Source: Deltaproteobacteria bacterium (GTDB lineage: Bacteria; SZUA-79; Acidulodesulfobacterales; Acidulodesulfobacteraceae). Taken from it: a DNA stretch of 64,000 nt. The DNA lies in assembly GCA_023381755.1 (NCBI GenBank), contig JAMCUF010000019.1, forward strand, positions 1,747-65,746, written 5' to 3'. The notes below the pieces were generated by a model. The model saw only the letters and a list, made by a program, of their open reading frames with translations, was not told the origin of the DNA and ran no database searches. A program made the translations under genes and the position numbers. Within the stretch, counting starts at the first letter, position 1, and each line of letters begins with the position of its first letter. This document shows, piece after piece, positions 39,548 through 49,073 of this stretch.

Positions 39548-40975
39548 TTAGTTTATATCGTTAGCAAGCAAACATTTTTCATAAGTTGACGGGGTCGATA
39601 TCAATTTCATAGACTTTTTAAGTTTGAAAATATGATTTAAAGGCATTTTGCCTGTTATTAGATATTTTATAACAAACAGGATATCGCCGGCCCGTAAATT
39701 TAAAGTTTTGTACGAAGACTTGTAGAGATTGGAAAATTCTTTAAAGAATTCCGCTTTAGACAGGTAAGTGTCCAGAACGGGATGAAAAAGGTCGAAATAA
39801 TTGTAATTGAACGTGTTCAGCTTTTCTTTAAGGTCGTTATATAGTTTTGTTCCGGGAAGCGGCGTAAGGACCGAAAATGCGGGAACGCTTATCTTAAGCC
39901 TTTTTACAAAATCTATTAATTTTTTGAAATCCAATTTTGTAAAATCGGGGGAAATCATGAATGAGGCGGTAACGGCCACATCGTGTTTTTTAGCAATATA
40001 ATAGGCCTTTTCGTTGTTTAGAGACGAGTTGTCTTTATTGATGCTGCCGAGTTTTTCGTCGTCGATGCTTTCAAAGCCTATAAAAATATTAGAAAGCCCC
40101 AATTCTTTCCACTGGGAAATAAGTTCAGGGTGTTTTACGATGGTGTCGCTTCGCGCCTGAATCGTATATAGCTTGTGAATTTTTTCTTTTTTTAGGAGTT
40201 CGCCTATTTTTTTGGCTCTTCTAACATCGCTAAAAAAGTTATCATCCGTAACTAAAATATAGTCGTCTTTAATTTCTTTGAGTTCGGCGACAACCCGCTC
40301 GGGAGACTTAGACCTGTAAGAGCCCCTATAAAAGTTCCAAACGCTGCAAAAATCGCACTTGAAGGGACAGCCTCTTGCGGTTTCAAGGCAAGCCAGCGAT
40401 GTTCTTATGCCGAGATAGTATTTCTTTCTGTATTCGCGGGTAAGATTTCTTGCAAAAAACGGGAGTTCGTTTATGTTTTTAATCAATTCGCGAGGCCCGG
40501 TTTTTACCTGGTTGCCGTTCTCGTTGTAAATAATGCCTTTAACCCCGGACAAGGAAGTATTTGAGGAAAAAGCCCTTATGAGTTCGACGGCGGTTTGTTC
40601 GCCTTCCCCTATGACTATCGCATCTATCTCTTTTATATTAAAATCTACAGGATAAACGGAAACATGATGCCCGCCTATAAAAACAAACCTTGCCCCGTAG
40701 TCGTTTTTTACCCTTTTTGCAAGCTCTATCGTTCTGTAAACATCGGGGGTGAATGAACATGAAAATCCAAAAATATCGGGTTTGAATTCTTTTATTATAT
40801 CTTCCAGATATTTATCGGCATCATGTTGCACAGCCCTTAAATCCGCTATATTAACATTATGGCCGTCCCTTAGAAGGCTCCCCGCGATTGCTTCAAGGCC
40901 TGTCGGCTCTATCAAGGCGACATTGTTAAGTCCGATAGTGTTTTTATTATCCGGCTGAATAAGCAGTACTTTCAT
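39548..40975 (-). CDS. B12-binding-domain radical SAM protein (class B), function unknown
   Basis: N-terminal cobalamin-binding-like Rossmann region (MKVLLIQP..., FGFSC, VFIGGHH) followed by ETARGCPFKCDFCSV (CX3CX2C). Confidence 0.8.
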   Translation of the reverse strand: MKVLLIQPDNKNTIGLNNVALIEPTGLEAIAGSLLRDGHNVNIADLRAVQHDADKYLEDIIKEFKPDIFGFSCSFTPDVYRTIELAKRVKNDYGARFVFIGGHHVSVYPVDFNIKEIDAIVIGEGEQTAVELIRAFSSNTSLSGVKGIIYNENGNQVKTGPRELIKNINELPFFARNLTREYRKKYYLGIRTSLACLETARGCPFKCDFCSVWNFYRGSYRSKSPERVVAELKEIKDDYILVTDDNFFSDVRRAKKIGELLKKEKIHKLYTIQARSDTIVKHPELISQWKELGLSNIFIGFESIDDEKLGSINKDNSSLNNEKAYYIAKKHDVAVTASFMISPDFTKLDFKKLIDFVKRLKISVPAFSVLTPLPGTKLYNDLKEKLNTFNYNYFDLFHPVLDTYLSKAEFFKEFSNLYKSSYKTLNLRAGDILFVIKYLITGKMPLNHIFKLKKSMKLISTPSTYEKCLLANDIN

Positions 40976-41218
40976 GTTAGCATTTTAATATTTTTTAATG
41001 TTTAAAGTCAAATTATATCAGATTTTTAAAATTAATAGGATATAAGATAAAATTAATTATAGCTGATTATATCATAGTTATGCGCTGCTAAATTGATTTT
41101 TAGATGTTCATGTTGAAAGTATATCATAAATATAAAAATTTGCCAAGCCGAAAATTAAAATTCAGCAAAAAAATTTTTCCTTGACAAACAGGGATAATTA
41201 TATAATACTTATATGGGA

Positions 41219-41245
41219 AATACATTACAAATTTAGTAATGTATT
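41219..41245 (+). promoter_or_regulatory. perfect 10-bp inverted repeat in the NRAMP gene leader (operator or RNA hairpin)
   Basis: AATACATTAC (41219-41228), a 7-nt spacer, GTAATGTATT (41236-41245). Lies about 50 nt upstream of ATG 41298. Confidence 0.3.
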
Positions 41246-41297
41246 ATCCGGGCATTTTAAGGAAAATTATTTTATAGGTAAGGGGCTCACGAATTTG

Positions 41298-42656
41298 ATG
41301 GACAACAGGGTTAGAGGGGATTGTGCTGTTAAGGGAAGGCATAACGGAAAAAAAGGGGATAAGGGGGAGGAAAAAAGCGGGGAAGGACATAGGCATAAAA
41401 GAAATAGTATTTTTATCCTTAACAAAAGAATTTCTTACAGGGCGCTCCATTTTTTTAAGGTTTTAGGGCCGGGATTTATTGTTATGATAGCGGATATGGA
41501 TGCAGGGTCTATCACGACGGCGGGTGTTTCAGGGGCCAATTGGGGATATAAATTAATACCGCTTCAAATCCTTTTAATTCCGGTGCTTTACCTCGTTCAA
41601 TCCATGACATCGAGGCTTGGTTGCGTTACCAAGAAAGGACACGGGGAACTTATACGGGAATATTACGGCGAAAAATGGGCGATGTTTGCCACGATAACAC
41701 TTTTCCTCGTTGTCTTTACCGCTTTGATAACAGAATTTTCCGGAATTGCCGCAAGCGGGGAAATATTTGGGATACCCAAGGTTTATACCGTTGGAATAAG
41801 TTTTTTAATATTACTTTTTGTAGTTTTTACCGGTAGTTATAAAAGAGCCGAGAGTATCGCCCTTATTTTTTCTTTATCGGGGTTTATATTTATACCTGCC
41901 GCTATTTTTGCCCATCCTAACATTCACGAGATAATTTTTAACGGTTTATTCGCAAGGCAGCCACTAAACAATAGAAATTATATCTGGCTTGTGGCTGCAA
42001 ACGCAGGTGCCGTTATAATGCCGTGGATGATTTATTATCAGCAAAGCGCAACGGTCGATAAAAATTTATGCAAGAAGGATGTTAAACTTGCCGAAACCGA
42101 TACGCTGATTGGCAGCATAGCCACGCAGATTCTTATGATTGCGGTAATAATTATGACCGCGGCCACGTTGTTCAGAGCCGGCGTTAAGCCGTCGTCGGCC
42201 CAGGTAATTGGAACATCCCTGATACCTTTGGCGGGAAAATATGCCGGGCTTTTTTTCGCAATCGGGCTTTATAGCTCAAGTTTGCTTGCCGCTTTTGTGG
42301 TTTCCATGGCTTTTACCTGGGCGGCTGGTGAAACATGGGGGTATAAACACAGTCTAAACCATAAATTTAATGAGGCAAAAATCTTTTACTTTGTATATAT
42401 TGTTTTAATTTTTATTTCGGCTATGGTTGTACTTCTTCCCGGGCTTCCGCTTGTTACCATAATGGTGGATGTTGAAGCATTTAACGGATTTATCCTGCCT
42501 ATAGTTTTAGGTTTTTTGATAGCGCTTGCGGGAAGCAAAAAAATTCTCGGGGATTACGCCTATTCTAAGTTTGCGCTTGTTATAATAGGACTTTTAAGCG
42601 CAGCGATAGTCAGTCTCGGTATAATGGTAGCCATCCTGCCGCATAACCGGCTTTAA
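41298..42656 (+). CDS. mntH: NRAMP-family divalent metal (Mn2+/Fe2+) transporter
   Basis: GPGFIV.IADMDAGSITT motif, 11-12 hydrophobic segments, AN.GAVIMPW. The tracked ORF begins at TTG 41181; ATG 41298 is preferred. The N-terminus still carries a basic ~45-aa cytoplasmic extension. Confidence 0.8.
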   Translation: MDNRVRGDCAVKGRHNGKKGDKGEEKSGEGHRHKRNSIFILNKRISYRALHFFKVLGPGFIVMIADMDAGSITTAGVSGANWGYKLIPLQILLIPVLYLVQSMTSRLGCVTKKGHGELIREYYGEKWAMFATITLFLVVFTALITEFSGIAASGEIFGIPKVYTVGISFLILLFVVFTGSYKRAESIALIFSLSGFIFIPAAIFAHPNIHEIIFNGLFARQPLNNRNYIWLVAANAGAVIMPWMIYYQQSATVDKNLCKKDVKLAETDTLIGSIATQILMIAVIIMTAATLFRAGVKPSSAQVIGTSLIPLAGKYAGLFFAIGLYSSSLLAAFVVSMAFTWAAGETWGYKHSLNHKFNEAKIFYFVYIVLIFISAMVVLLPGLPLVTIMVDVEAFNGFILPIVLGFLIALAGSKKILGDYAYSKFALVIIGLLSAAIVSLGIMVAILPHNRL

Positions 42657-42714
42657 GTTAAATTAAACCAGATTATACGATTACTTATACTATAAATTAA
42701 TAATGTAAAAAATA

Positions 42715-43029
42715 TTAATAATTGGCAAATATTAAAGGCAATACATAATAAAATTCGACATAATTTAAAATATATTGAATAAAGTATATTATCAGGATAA
42801 CGATAATCGGGGACAGGTCAAAGGCCACAACATTTCCTAACGGGAGTATTATTCTTACTTTTTCTAAAACCGGTTCCGTAATATCATTTATAAACCGGAC
42901 TATCGGGTTACGCGGATCGGGATTTACCCAGGAAAGTAAGGCTTTTATTATAATTATCCACATATAAGCCCAAAGGATAAAATTTAAAGCGCTAAAGACA
43001 AATTGAACAAAATTATATAAAAGCCCCAT
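42715..43029 (-). CDS. YggT-family membrane protein
   Basis: 104 aa with the characteristic LSW......NP........TEP.L...R motif. Confidence 0.7.
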   Translation of the reverse strand: MGLLYNFVQFVFSALNFILWAYMWIIIIKALLSWVNPDPRNPIVRFINDITEPVLEKVRIILPLGNVVAFDLSPIIVILIIYFIQYILNYVEFYYVLPLIFANY

Positions 43030-43125
43030 GGGATATTTATATTTAATTAATTTACTTTATAATATAATTTCAATTTTATTTTTTTATTATATAATACGAC
43101 AATGAAATATACAATTTAAAATATT

Positions 43126-44895
43126 ATGACGAACAGTGAAATTGCCGGTATTTTTGAACAGATTGCCGAGATTCTTGAAATAAAAGCGGAAAATTCTTTT
43201 AAAATACGCGCCTATTCAAATGCGGCGAGGGTTATTAACTCGTTGGGCGAAAACATTTCGGAGGTATCTAAGGAAGACGGCTTAATTAATATCCCCGGAA
43301 TCGGAAAAGACCTTTCTTTAAAAATAAAGGAGCTTTTAGATACGGGGCATCTTGTTTATTATGACGAGCTTGTCAAGTCTGTTCCGCAGGGGATATTAGA
43401 GTTGATTAAATTAAGGGGACTGGGTCCAAAAAAGGCAAATATGCTATATAAAACTTTTCATATAAACGGAATAGACGACCTCTACGATGCCATTTTGTCG
43501 AACAAACCGTTGAAGGCGCATGGTTTTGGTGAAAAAACCATAGAGAATCTAAAGAAATCTATCGAAGAATACAGGGCCTTTAGTCAAAGATTCTTATACG
43601 TTGATGCGCTGGAGCAGGCCTTGGCTTTTGTAAGCTATCTAAAAAATACGCCCCATAAGCTTTCCGGAGAAATTATGATAGCCGGTTCCTTGAGAAGAAA
43701 AATGGAAACCGTGGGCGATATCGATATTGTTGCCTCGGTTGAAGAAAAAGACAATAAAGCCTTTATAGAGAGATTTTTAAATTACGATGATATTTTAAGA
43801 GTTGAGTCCACGGGGGGGACTAAACTTGGCGTTGTTTTAAAAAGCGGCATCCATGTAGATTTACGCATAGTTCCGGATGAAGATTTTGTATATGCGCTTC
43901 ACCATTTTACCGGTTCAAAGCTTCATAACGAAGAGTTGAGGACATTGGAAAAGAAAGATGGTTATAAAATAAGCGAATACGGAATATTTAAAGATGAAGG
44001 TGCGGGCAATACCACCGGCAGGGTTAGGGTTGCAAATGAAGCCGAATTTTATAACGTCTTCAGAATGCAGTTTATTCCCCCCGAGCTAAGAGAGGGCGCC
44101 GGCGAGATTGAGGCCGCCTCTAATCATGCTATCCCGGAACTTGTCGAAGAAAGGGATTTACAGGGTATTTTCCATGTCCATACCACCTATACGGACGGAA
44201 AAGACAGTTTGGAGGAGATGGTGGAGGCTTCCTTAAAAAGTGGCTATAAATATATCGGTATTTCGGACCATTCGGTTTCCGCATATTATGCAAATGGGCT
44301 TACCGGATCGGATTTGAAATCCCAGATCGGGTATATAGACGGGTTAAATAATAAATATAAGGGCAAAATTAAGATCTTTAAAGGAATAGAATCTGACATA
44401 TTGGCGGATGGCAAGCTGGATTACGATGACGAGACGCTTTCGATGCTTGATTTCGTGATAGCGTCCGTTCACTCTAAGTTTAATATGCCTGAATTCCGGA
44501 TGACGGAAAGAATTATAAACGCGATTAAAAATCCGTACACGACCATGATAGGGCATTTGACGGGAAGGCTGCTTTTAGAAAGAAAGGGTTACGGCGTGGA
44601 TGTTCCAAAAATACTGGATTATGCCTCAAAATACAGAACTATTATCGAGTTAAATGCTAATCCGAAGCGGCTCGATATAGACTGGAGATATATTAAGGAA
44701 GCGATTTCAAAGTCGGTGTTAATTTCGATAAATCCCGACGCCCATAATGCTTCAAGCCTTTATTTCGTGCATTATGGGGTAAATATTGCTAAAAAGGGCT
44801 GGGCAACAAAATCCGATATTTTGAATACGAGAAGCGCCGGCGATCTTTTAAGGATTTTTCGGGATATAAGAAATTACAAGCTTATGTCAAAATAG
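43126..44895 (+). CDS. polX: family X DNA polymerase with C-terminal PHP phosphoesterase domain
   Basis: N-terminal helix-hairpin-helix (N.EIA..FE.IA..LE......F...AY..AA), catalytic GS.RR..ETVGDIDI, and PHP domain beginning H.HT..TDG and ISDHS. Confidence 0.85.
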   Translation: MTNSEIAGIFEQIAEILEIKAENSFKIRAYSNAARVINSLGENISEVSKEDGLINIPGIGKDLSLKIKELLDTGHLVYYDELVKSVPQGILELIKLRGLGPKKANMLYKTFHINGIDDLYDAILSNKPLKAHGFGEKTIENLKKSIEEYRAFSQRFLYVDALEQALAFVSYLKNTPHKLSGEIMIAGSLRRKMETVGDIDIVASVEEKDNKAFIERFLNYDDILRVESTGGTKLGVVLKSGIHVDLRIVPDEDFVYALHHFTGSKLHNEELRTLEKKDGYKISEYGIFKDEGAGNTTGRVRVANEAEFYNVFRMQFIPPELREGAGEIEAASNHAIPELVEERDLQGIFHVHTTYTDGKDSLEEMVEASLKSGYKYIGISDHSVSAYYANGLTGSDLKSQIGYIDGLNNKYKGKIKIFKGIESDILADGKLDYDDETLSMLDFVIASVHSKFNMPEFRMTERIINAIKNPYTTMIGHLTGRLLLERKGYGVDVPKILDYASKYRTIIELNANPKRLDIDWRYIKEAISKSVLISINPDAHNASSLYFVHYGVNIAKKGWATKSDILNTRSAGDLLRIFRDIRNYKLMSK

Positions 44896-44976
44896 CCCGA
44901 ATTTTTAAAATATTGTTAAAAATAATCCAGCAATAATTTAGTTTAAACAATAATTTGGCTTAACCGGAGAGCAATA

Positions 44977-45792
44977 ATGATAAAAGTTTTGTCGGTTGCC
45001 GGTTTCGACGGCTCCGGAGGGGCGGGAATAACATCCGATGCCAAAGTATTTTCTAAATTTAAAATTTTAGGCTTATCCGCAATAACGGCTATGACGGCGC
45101 AAAACCCGGATAATGTTTACAGGGTGGTGCCTGTATCGGCAGGTTTTTTTGATCTGGAGCTTAAAGCCGTTTTTGATTATTTCTGCGTCGACGCTCTCAA
45201 AACGGGGCTTATGGCAAGTAAAGAGCAAAGTCTGATGTTAAGCGGATATATAAGGAAATATATGCTTAATATTGTCGTGATAGACCCGGTGTATATTTCG
45301 ACTTCAAATAAAAGGCTTATAGCAAAGGCCGGTAATTATCCCGATTTGTTAACGCCCTTGTTCAAACTTGCAACGGTTATCACTCCAAATATCAAAGAGG
45401 CGGAATTTATTTCCGGAGAAAAGATCGAAGATTTAAACGGAATGAAAAAAGCGGCAAAATCCATTAAAAAAAGGATACCCGAAATTAAGAATATTGTAAT
45501 AAAGGGGTCGCACCTTAATGCAGGCCTGAATAAAGGCAAAATATATAGCATTGTACTAAATTCGGAAAATAATTTTTTTGTTAATGAAAGCGAAAGAATT
45601 AATACTGATAAAGAAATTCACGGCACAGGCTGCGCTTTTTCCGCAGGTTTAACGTCGTATCTTGCGAAAGGGTTAAGAATAGAAAGAGCGCTTGTAGAAA
45701 CGGAAAAGCTGGTTTCTAAATTTATAAAAGATTTTAGGAAAATTCCCGATAACAACGGGGATAAGCATATATATATTACCGGAAATATATGA
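44977..45792 (+). CDS. thiD: hydroxymethylpyrimidine/phosphomethylpyrimidine kinase
   Basis: VLSVAGFDGSGGAGI..D.K.F, A.T..TAQN, ITPN..EA and HGTGC.FS motifs. Confidence 0.85.
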   Translation: MIKVLSVAGFDGSGGAGITSDAKVFSKFKILGLSAITAMTAQNPDNVYRVVPVSAGFFDLELKAVFDYFCVDALKTGLMASKEQSLMLSGYIRKYMLNIVVIDPVYISTSNKRLIAKAGNYPDLLTPLFKLATVITPNIKEAEFISGEKIEDLNGMKKAAKSIKKRIPEIKNIVIKGSHLNAGLNKGKIYSIVLNSENNFFVNESERINTDKEIHGTGCAFSAGLTSYLAKGLRIERALVETEKLVSKFIKDFRKIPDNNGDKHIYITGNI

Positions 45793-45807
45793 GATGCCCC
45801 CGGATTT

Positions 45808-46500
45808 TTAATTCACCGCTTTTTTGAGTATTTCGTTGAATCTGGAGTAGGGGCGATATCCGATGACTTTTTTATAAAGAGCTAACCCTTTGTATATGAA
45901 AAAAATCGGAGTTCCGCTTAGCCTTAATCTTATCCCAGCAGCCATATTACTTTTTATAAGCCTTTCAGCCTGCCCGCTTTTAACGCAGGACTCGACTTGT
46001 TGAAGATTTATTACTCCTCCGGCATGCGCTTTAAGGAAATAATATAAATCTCCGGCAGTGCTCCAATCCATCTGGTGGCGGTACAAAAGGCTTCTTATCT
46101 TTAGATACTTCCCCTGAAGTGCGGCGCAGTCCGCGTACTCCGCTGCTTTGAAGGCATAAGGATGAATCGTTGTAAGAGGGAAATCCCGAAATTCTATGAA
46201 GACTTCCCCCCCTTTAACATAATTTTTAATTATATACGGAAGGTCTTTTTCTTCGAATTTTTCGCACCAGGGACATTGAAAGTCAGAATATTCGATAATC
46301 ATGACATTTGCGTTGGGGTTGCCAATTTGTCTGTATTTATTGACCGTCTTAACAAAATTTTCATAAGACAAGCCGTATGCCCTGGAGCCGGTATAGTTTA
46401 AAAAAGCCGGGCCAAGAACTAAAACTATAACTGCGGGTATTATGGCGGATATTACCCGCTTAAACAATTCGGACGTCGATATCTTAAATATATTAAACAT
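45808..46500 (-). CDS. DsbA-family thiol:disulfide oxidoreductase (membrane-anchored or secreted)
   Basis: N-terminal TM/signal, thioredoxin-fold active site FQCPWC, GTP.FF motif near the C-terminus. Confidence 0.75.
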   Translation of the reverse strand: MFNIFKISTSELFKRVISAIIPAVIVLVLGPAFLNYTGSRAYGLSYENFVKTVNKYRQIGNPNANVMIIEYSDFQCPWCEKFEEKDLPYIIKNYVKGGEVFIEFRDFPLTTIHPYAFKAAEYADCAALQGKYLKIRSLLYRHQMDWSTAGDLYYFLKAHAGGVINLQQVESCVKSGQAERLIKSNMAAGIRLRLSGTPIFFIYKGLALYKKVIGYRPYSRFNEILKKAVN

Positions 46501-46574
46501 ACATTAATTATTAATATATTTTGGAATATGAAGTCAAGCGGAAAATTTTTTTTAAAAATTTTTATCCTTAAAGC

Positions 46575-46763
46575 TTATCCCCTAAAATGTTGGAAATGGG
46601 TTTTATCGGCGCCGCATATGGGGCACACCCAATAATCCGGAAGATCTTCGAACGGCGTTCCCGGTTCTATTCCTCCAATGGAATCTCCAACCTCCGGGTC
46701 ATAAATGTATCCGCACACATCGCACTGGTATTTAGGTAAGGCAAGCGCTTCCCTCTCCTCCAT
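46575..46763 (-). CDS. rubredoxin
   Basis: [13 protein letters not shown].....PGT.FEDLP..W.CP.CGA.K. AGGAGG SD lies upstream of ATG 46763 (the tracked ORF starts at GTG 46772). Confidence 0.9.
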   Translation of the reverse strand: MEEREALALPKYQCDVCGYIYDPEVGDSIGGIEPGTPFEDLPDYWVCPICGADKTHFQHFRG

Positions 46764-47004
46764 GAACAACACCCTCCTTGAATTTTAATTTTAGCATTTT
46801 TAATATTTTTTAATGTATTGTGTGTATTGTATTGTCATATTTTTACAAAACGGGTCTTGTCCATCTTGCCATATTATTATAATTATATCAAATTTTTACT
46901 ATTTTTTTAAAGCACTAAATTGTTATAATTACTCTTATAAATTAAAGAGGCAGAGTTTAAAAAATTTTAAAATAGAATAAGTTAAAATCAAAAAGGCAAA
47001 AATA

Positions 47005-49053
47005 ATGGATATTTTTAAGAATACCTTGATTCTGTTCGTTACGTCGTTTATTAAAGAAAAAAATAAGACGGGCATTGAACCAAAAGAGGCCGAAAAGCTT
47101 ATAAAATTGCCTCCCGGTAATTCTTACGGAGATTACTCCGTAGCCTCTTATTATTTGACTAAATATGGTCTTAAAGGCAAGCCCGGGGACATTGCCGCAG
47201 AATTTTTGAATTATGCGCAGGCTAATTTCGGGCAAATAAAAGATTTTTTTAGGAAAATAGAAATAAAGGGTCCTTATGTTAATTTTTTTGTCCATAAAGA
47301 AAAATTTATTTTGGCGACCGTAGGAAATGTTTTAAAAAATAATCGCAATTACGGAAGGGGGCATCTTGACAAACCTGAAAGGGTTATTATAGACTTTTCA
47401 TCCCCTAATATAGCAAAACCGTTTGGAGTAGGACACTTAAGGTCAACCGTCATAGGAATGAGCCTTGCCAATATCTATGAATTTTGCGGATACGATGTTT
47501 TGAAGATAAATTATCTCGGCGATTTTGGAGTAGGGGCGGGCAAACTTATTACCGCATTTTGCCGTTACGACGATATAGATTTTCACGAATTTGAAAAGGA
47601 CCCTATTAAGGTCTTATATAGGCTTTATGTGCAAATTCATAAGGAGGTTCAGGAAGATAAGAGTCTTGAGGAAGATGCAAGGCTTAAGTTTAAAAGACTG
47701 GAAGAAAATATATTAAGAACTAAAAGGATGCTGGAAAAGTATTTAGAAAATTTGCGGGACGGCGCAAATGCCTCAGGAAAAGAAGATAATTGGAATGCCA
47801 TAAAGATAACCGCCGAAAATAAGGGCGACTTTTGTAAAACCAGCGCAGGGCAATATAAAATATGGAGTCTTTTTAAGGGATTAAGCATCGAGGAATTTAA
47901 ACGGATTTACAAGTTAATGGGAATCGGTTTCGATGTTTACGAAGGGGAATCCCAAAGCGCCGAATTCGCAAACGAAGTCGTGGAAATACTTTATAAAAGC
48001 GGGTTAGCCATTGAAAGCGAGGGAGCTATAATCGTGCCTCTGAAAGGCGTAAAAACTCCGGCGTTAATTGCCAAAAGCGACGGAACATCACTTTACCTTT
48101 CAAGAGATATTGTTACGGCCGTCTTAAGAATGGCAAAATATGGATACGGTAAGATGATTTATGTGGTCGGTTCGGAGCAATCGTTGCACTTTAGTCAGCT
48201 TTTTAATATTTTTGACGTATTAAAGGAAAGAAAAAACGCGCTGAAAGGCAATCCCGTTTTTCAAAAATATGCCTCTTCCGCAGCCGGCAAGTTAGTTCAT
48301 GTGAAATTTGGCAGAATTATCGGCATGTCCACAAGAAAGGGCAATTTGGTTTTTCTGGAGGATTACATCCGCGAGGCAATGCTTAAGGCTATGGAAAAGC
48401 TGAAGGAAAGGGACGGTATATCAGATGACGGCCACCCCCCCGAGGGTTTTGACGAAAAAGACTGCGGAAAAGATATTTTCACGCTTAACGGAAGGGAATC
48501 CGCCGCACTTAAAATAGGTATCGGCGCGGTAGTGTTCAACGACTTAAAAACAAGGAGGGATACGGATGTCAACTTTAATTGGGACAATGTTTTATCCTTC
48601 GAGGGACAAACCGGACCTTATCTTCAATATACGGTTTCAAGGATAAATAGCCTTATATCCCGTCTCATAAAGGAAACCGGCAATGGCGCAGCCGGCACAG
48701 GTAATATAATATTTCATGCCGCTGCCGGCGTAAAGGAAGCGGGGGTTTCTTTCGATGATGAATTTTCCGTATCCGAAAGGGATAAAGATTTTGATGAAAT
48801 ATACCTTATCGCAAAGCAGTTTTCCATTTTTAAAGACGATGTAGAAGAGGCGTTAAATTTTAATGAGCCTTCCATTATCAGTTCGTATGCTTTGGAACTG
48901 GCATCCCTTTTTAACAAATATTATCAAAATTACAGGTTAATAGGCCAGGATTTTGAGTATATTAAAGCCCGCCTCTATATATTAACGGCGGTCAGGGCGG
49001 TTTTAACCAATGCCCTGAAACTTCTTTGCATTCCAATTCTCGAAAGAATGTGA
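47005..49053 (+). CDS. argS: arginyl-tRNA synthetase (unusually long, with internal insertions)
   Basis: SSPNIAKPFGVGHLRST (HIGH region), GSEQSLHF, DALR-type C-terminal anticodon-binding domain ending ...ILERM. 682 aa. Confidence 0.9.
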   Translation: MDIFKNTLILFVTSFIKEKNKTGIEPKEAEKLIKLPPGNSYGDYSVASYYLTKYGLKGKPGDIAAEFLNYAQANFGQIKDFFRKIEIKGPYVNFFVHKEKFILATVGNVLKNNRNYGRGHLDKPERVIIDFSSPNIAKPFGVGHLRSTVIGMSLANIYEFCGYDVLKINYLGDFGVGAGKLITAFCRYDDIDFHEFEKDPIKVLYRLYVQIHKEVQEDKSLEEDARLKFKRLEENILRTKRMLEKYLENLRDGANASGKEDNWNAIKITAENKGDFCKTSAGQYKIWSLFKGLSIEEFKRIYKLMGIGFDVYEGESQSAEFANEVVEILYKSGLAIESEGAIIVPLKGVKTPALIAKSDGTSLYLSRDIVTAVLRMAKYGYGKMIYVVGSEQSLHFSQLFNIFDVLKERKNALKGNPVFQKYASSAAGKLVHVKFGRIIGMSTRKGNLVFLEDYIREAMLKAMEKLKERDGISDDGHPPEGFDEKDCGKDIFTLNGRESAALKIGIGAVVFNDLKTRRDTDVNFNWDNVLSFEGQTGPYLQYTVSRINSLISRLIKETGNGAAGTGNIIFHAAAGVKEAGVSFDDEFSVSERDKDFDEIYLIAKQFSIFKDDVEEALNFNEPSIISSYALELASLFNKYYQNYRLIGQDFEYIKARLYILTAVRAVLTNALKLLCIPILERM

Positions 49054-49073
49054 TTTATACGGTTGCGAAAACA

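Noticed and set aside
41181-41297. TTG 41181 as the mntH start, giving a 491-aa product
   Set aside because: The first 39 codons (MTNRDNYIILIWEIHYKF...) look like translated promoter/leader DNA containing TTGACA and an inverted repeat. ATG 41298 gives a length typical of NRAMP proteins.
46773-47004. Possible T-box or other leader upstream of argS. The metG and thrS upstream regions were also considered.
   Set aside because: No T-box sequence (AAUNNGGGUGGUACCGCG-like) or specifier/terminator architecture is visible. The metG and thrS gaps are only 35 nt and 5 nt.
46957-47295. 112-aa minus-strand ORF spanning the argS start region
   Set aside because: It overlaps the well-supported argS N-terminus on the opposite strand. 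It is a Phe/Ile/Lys-rich translation typical of AT-rich antisense frames.
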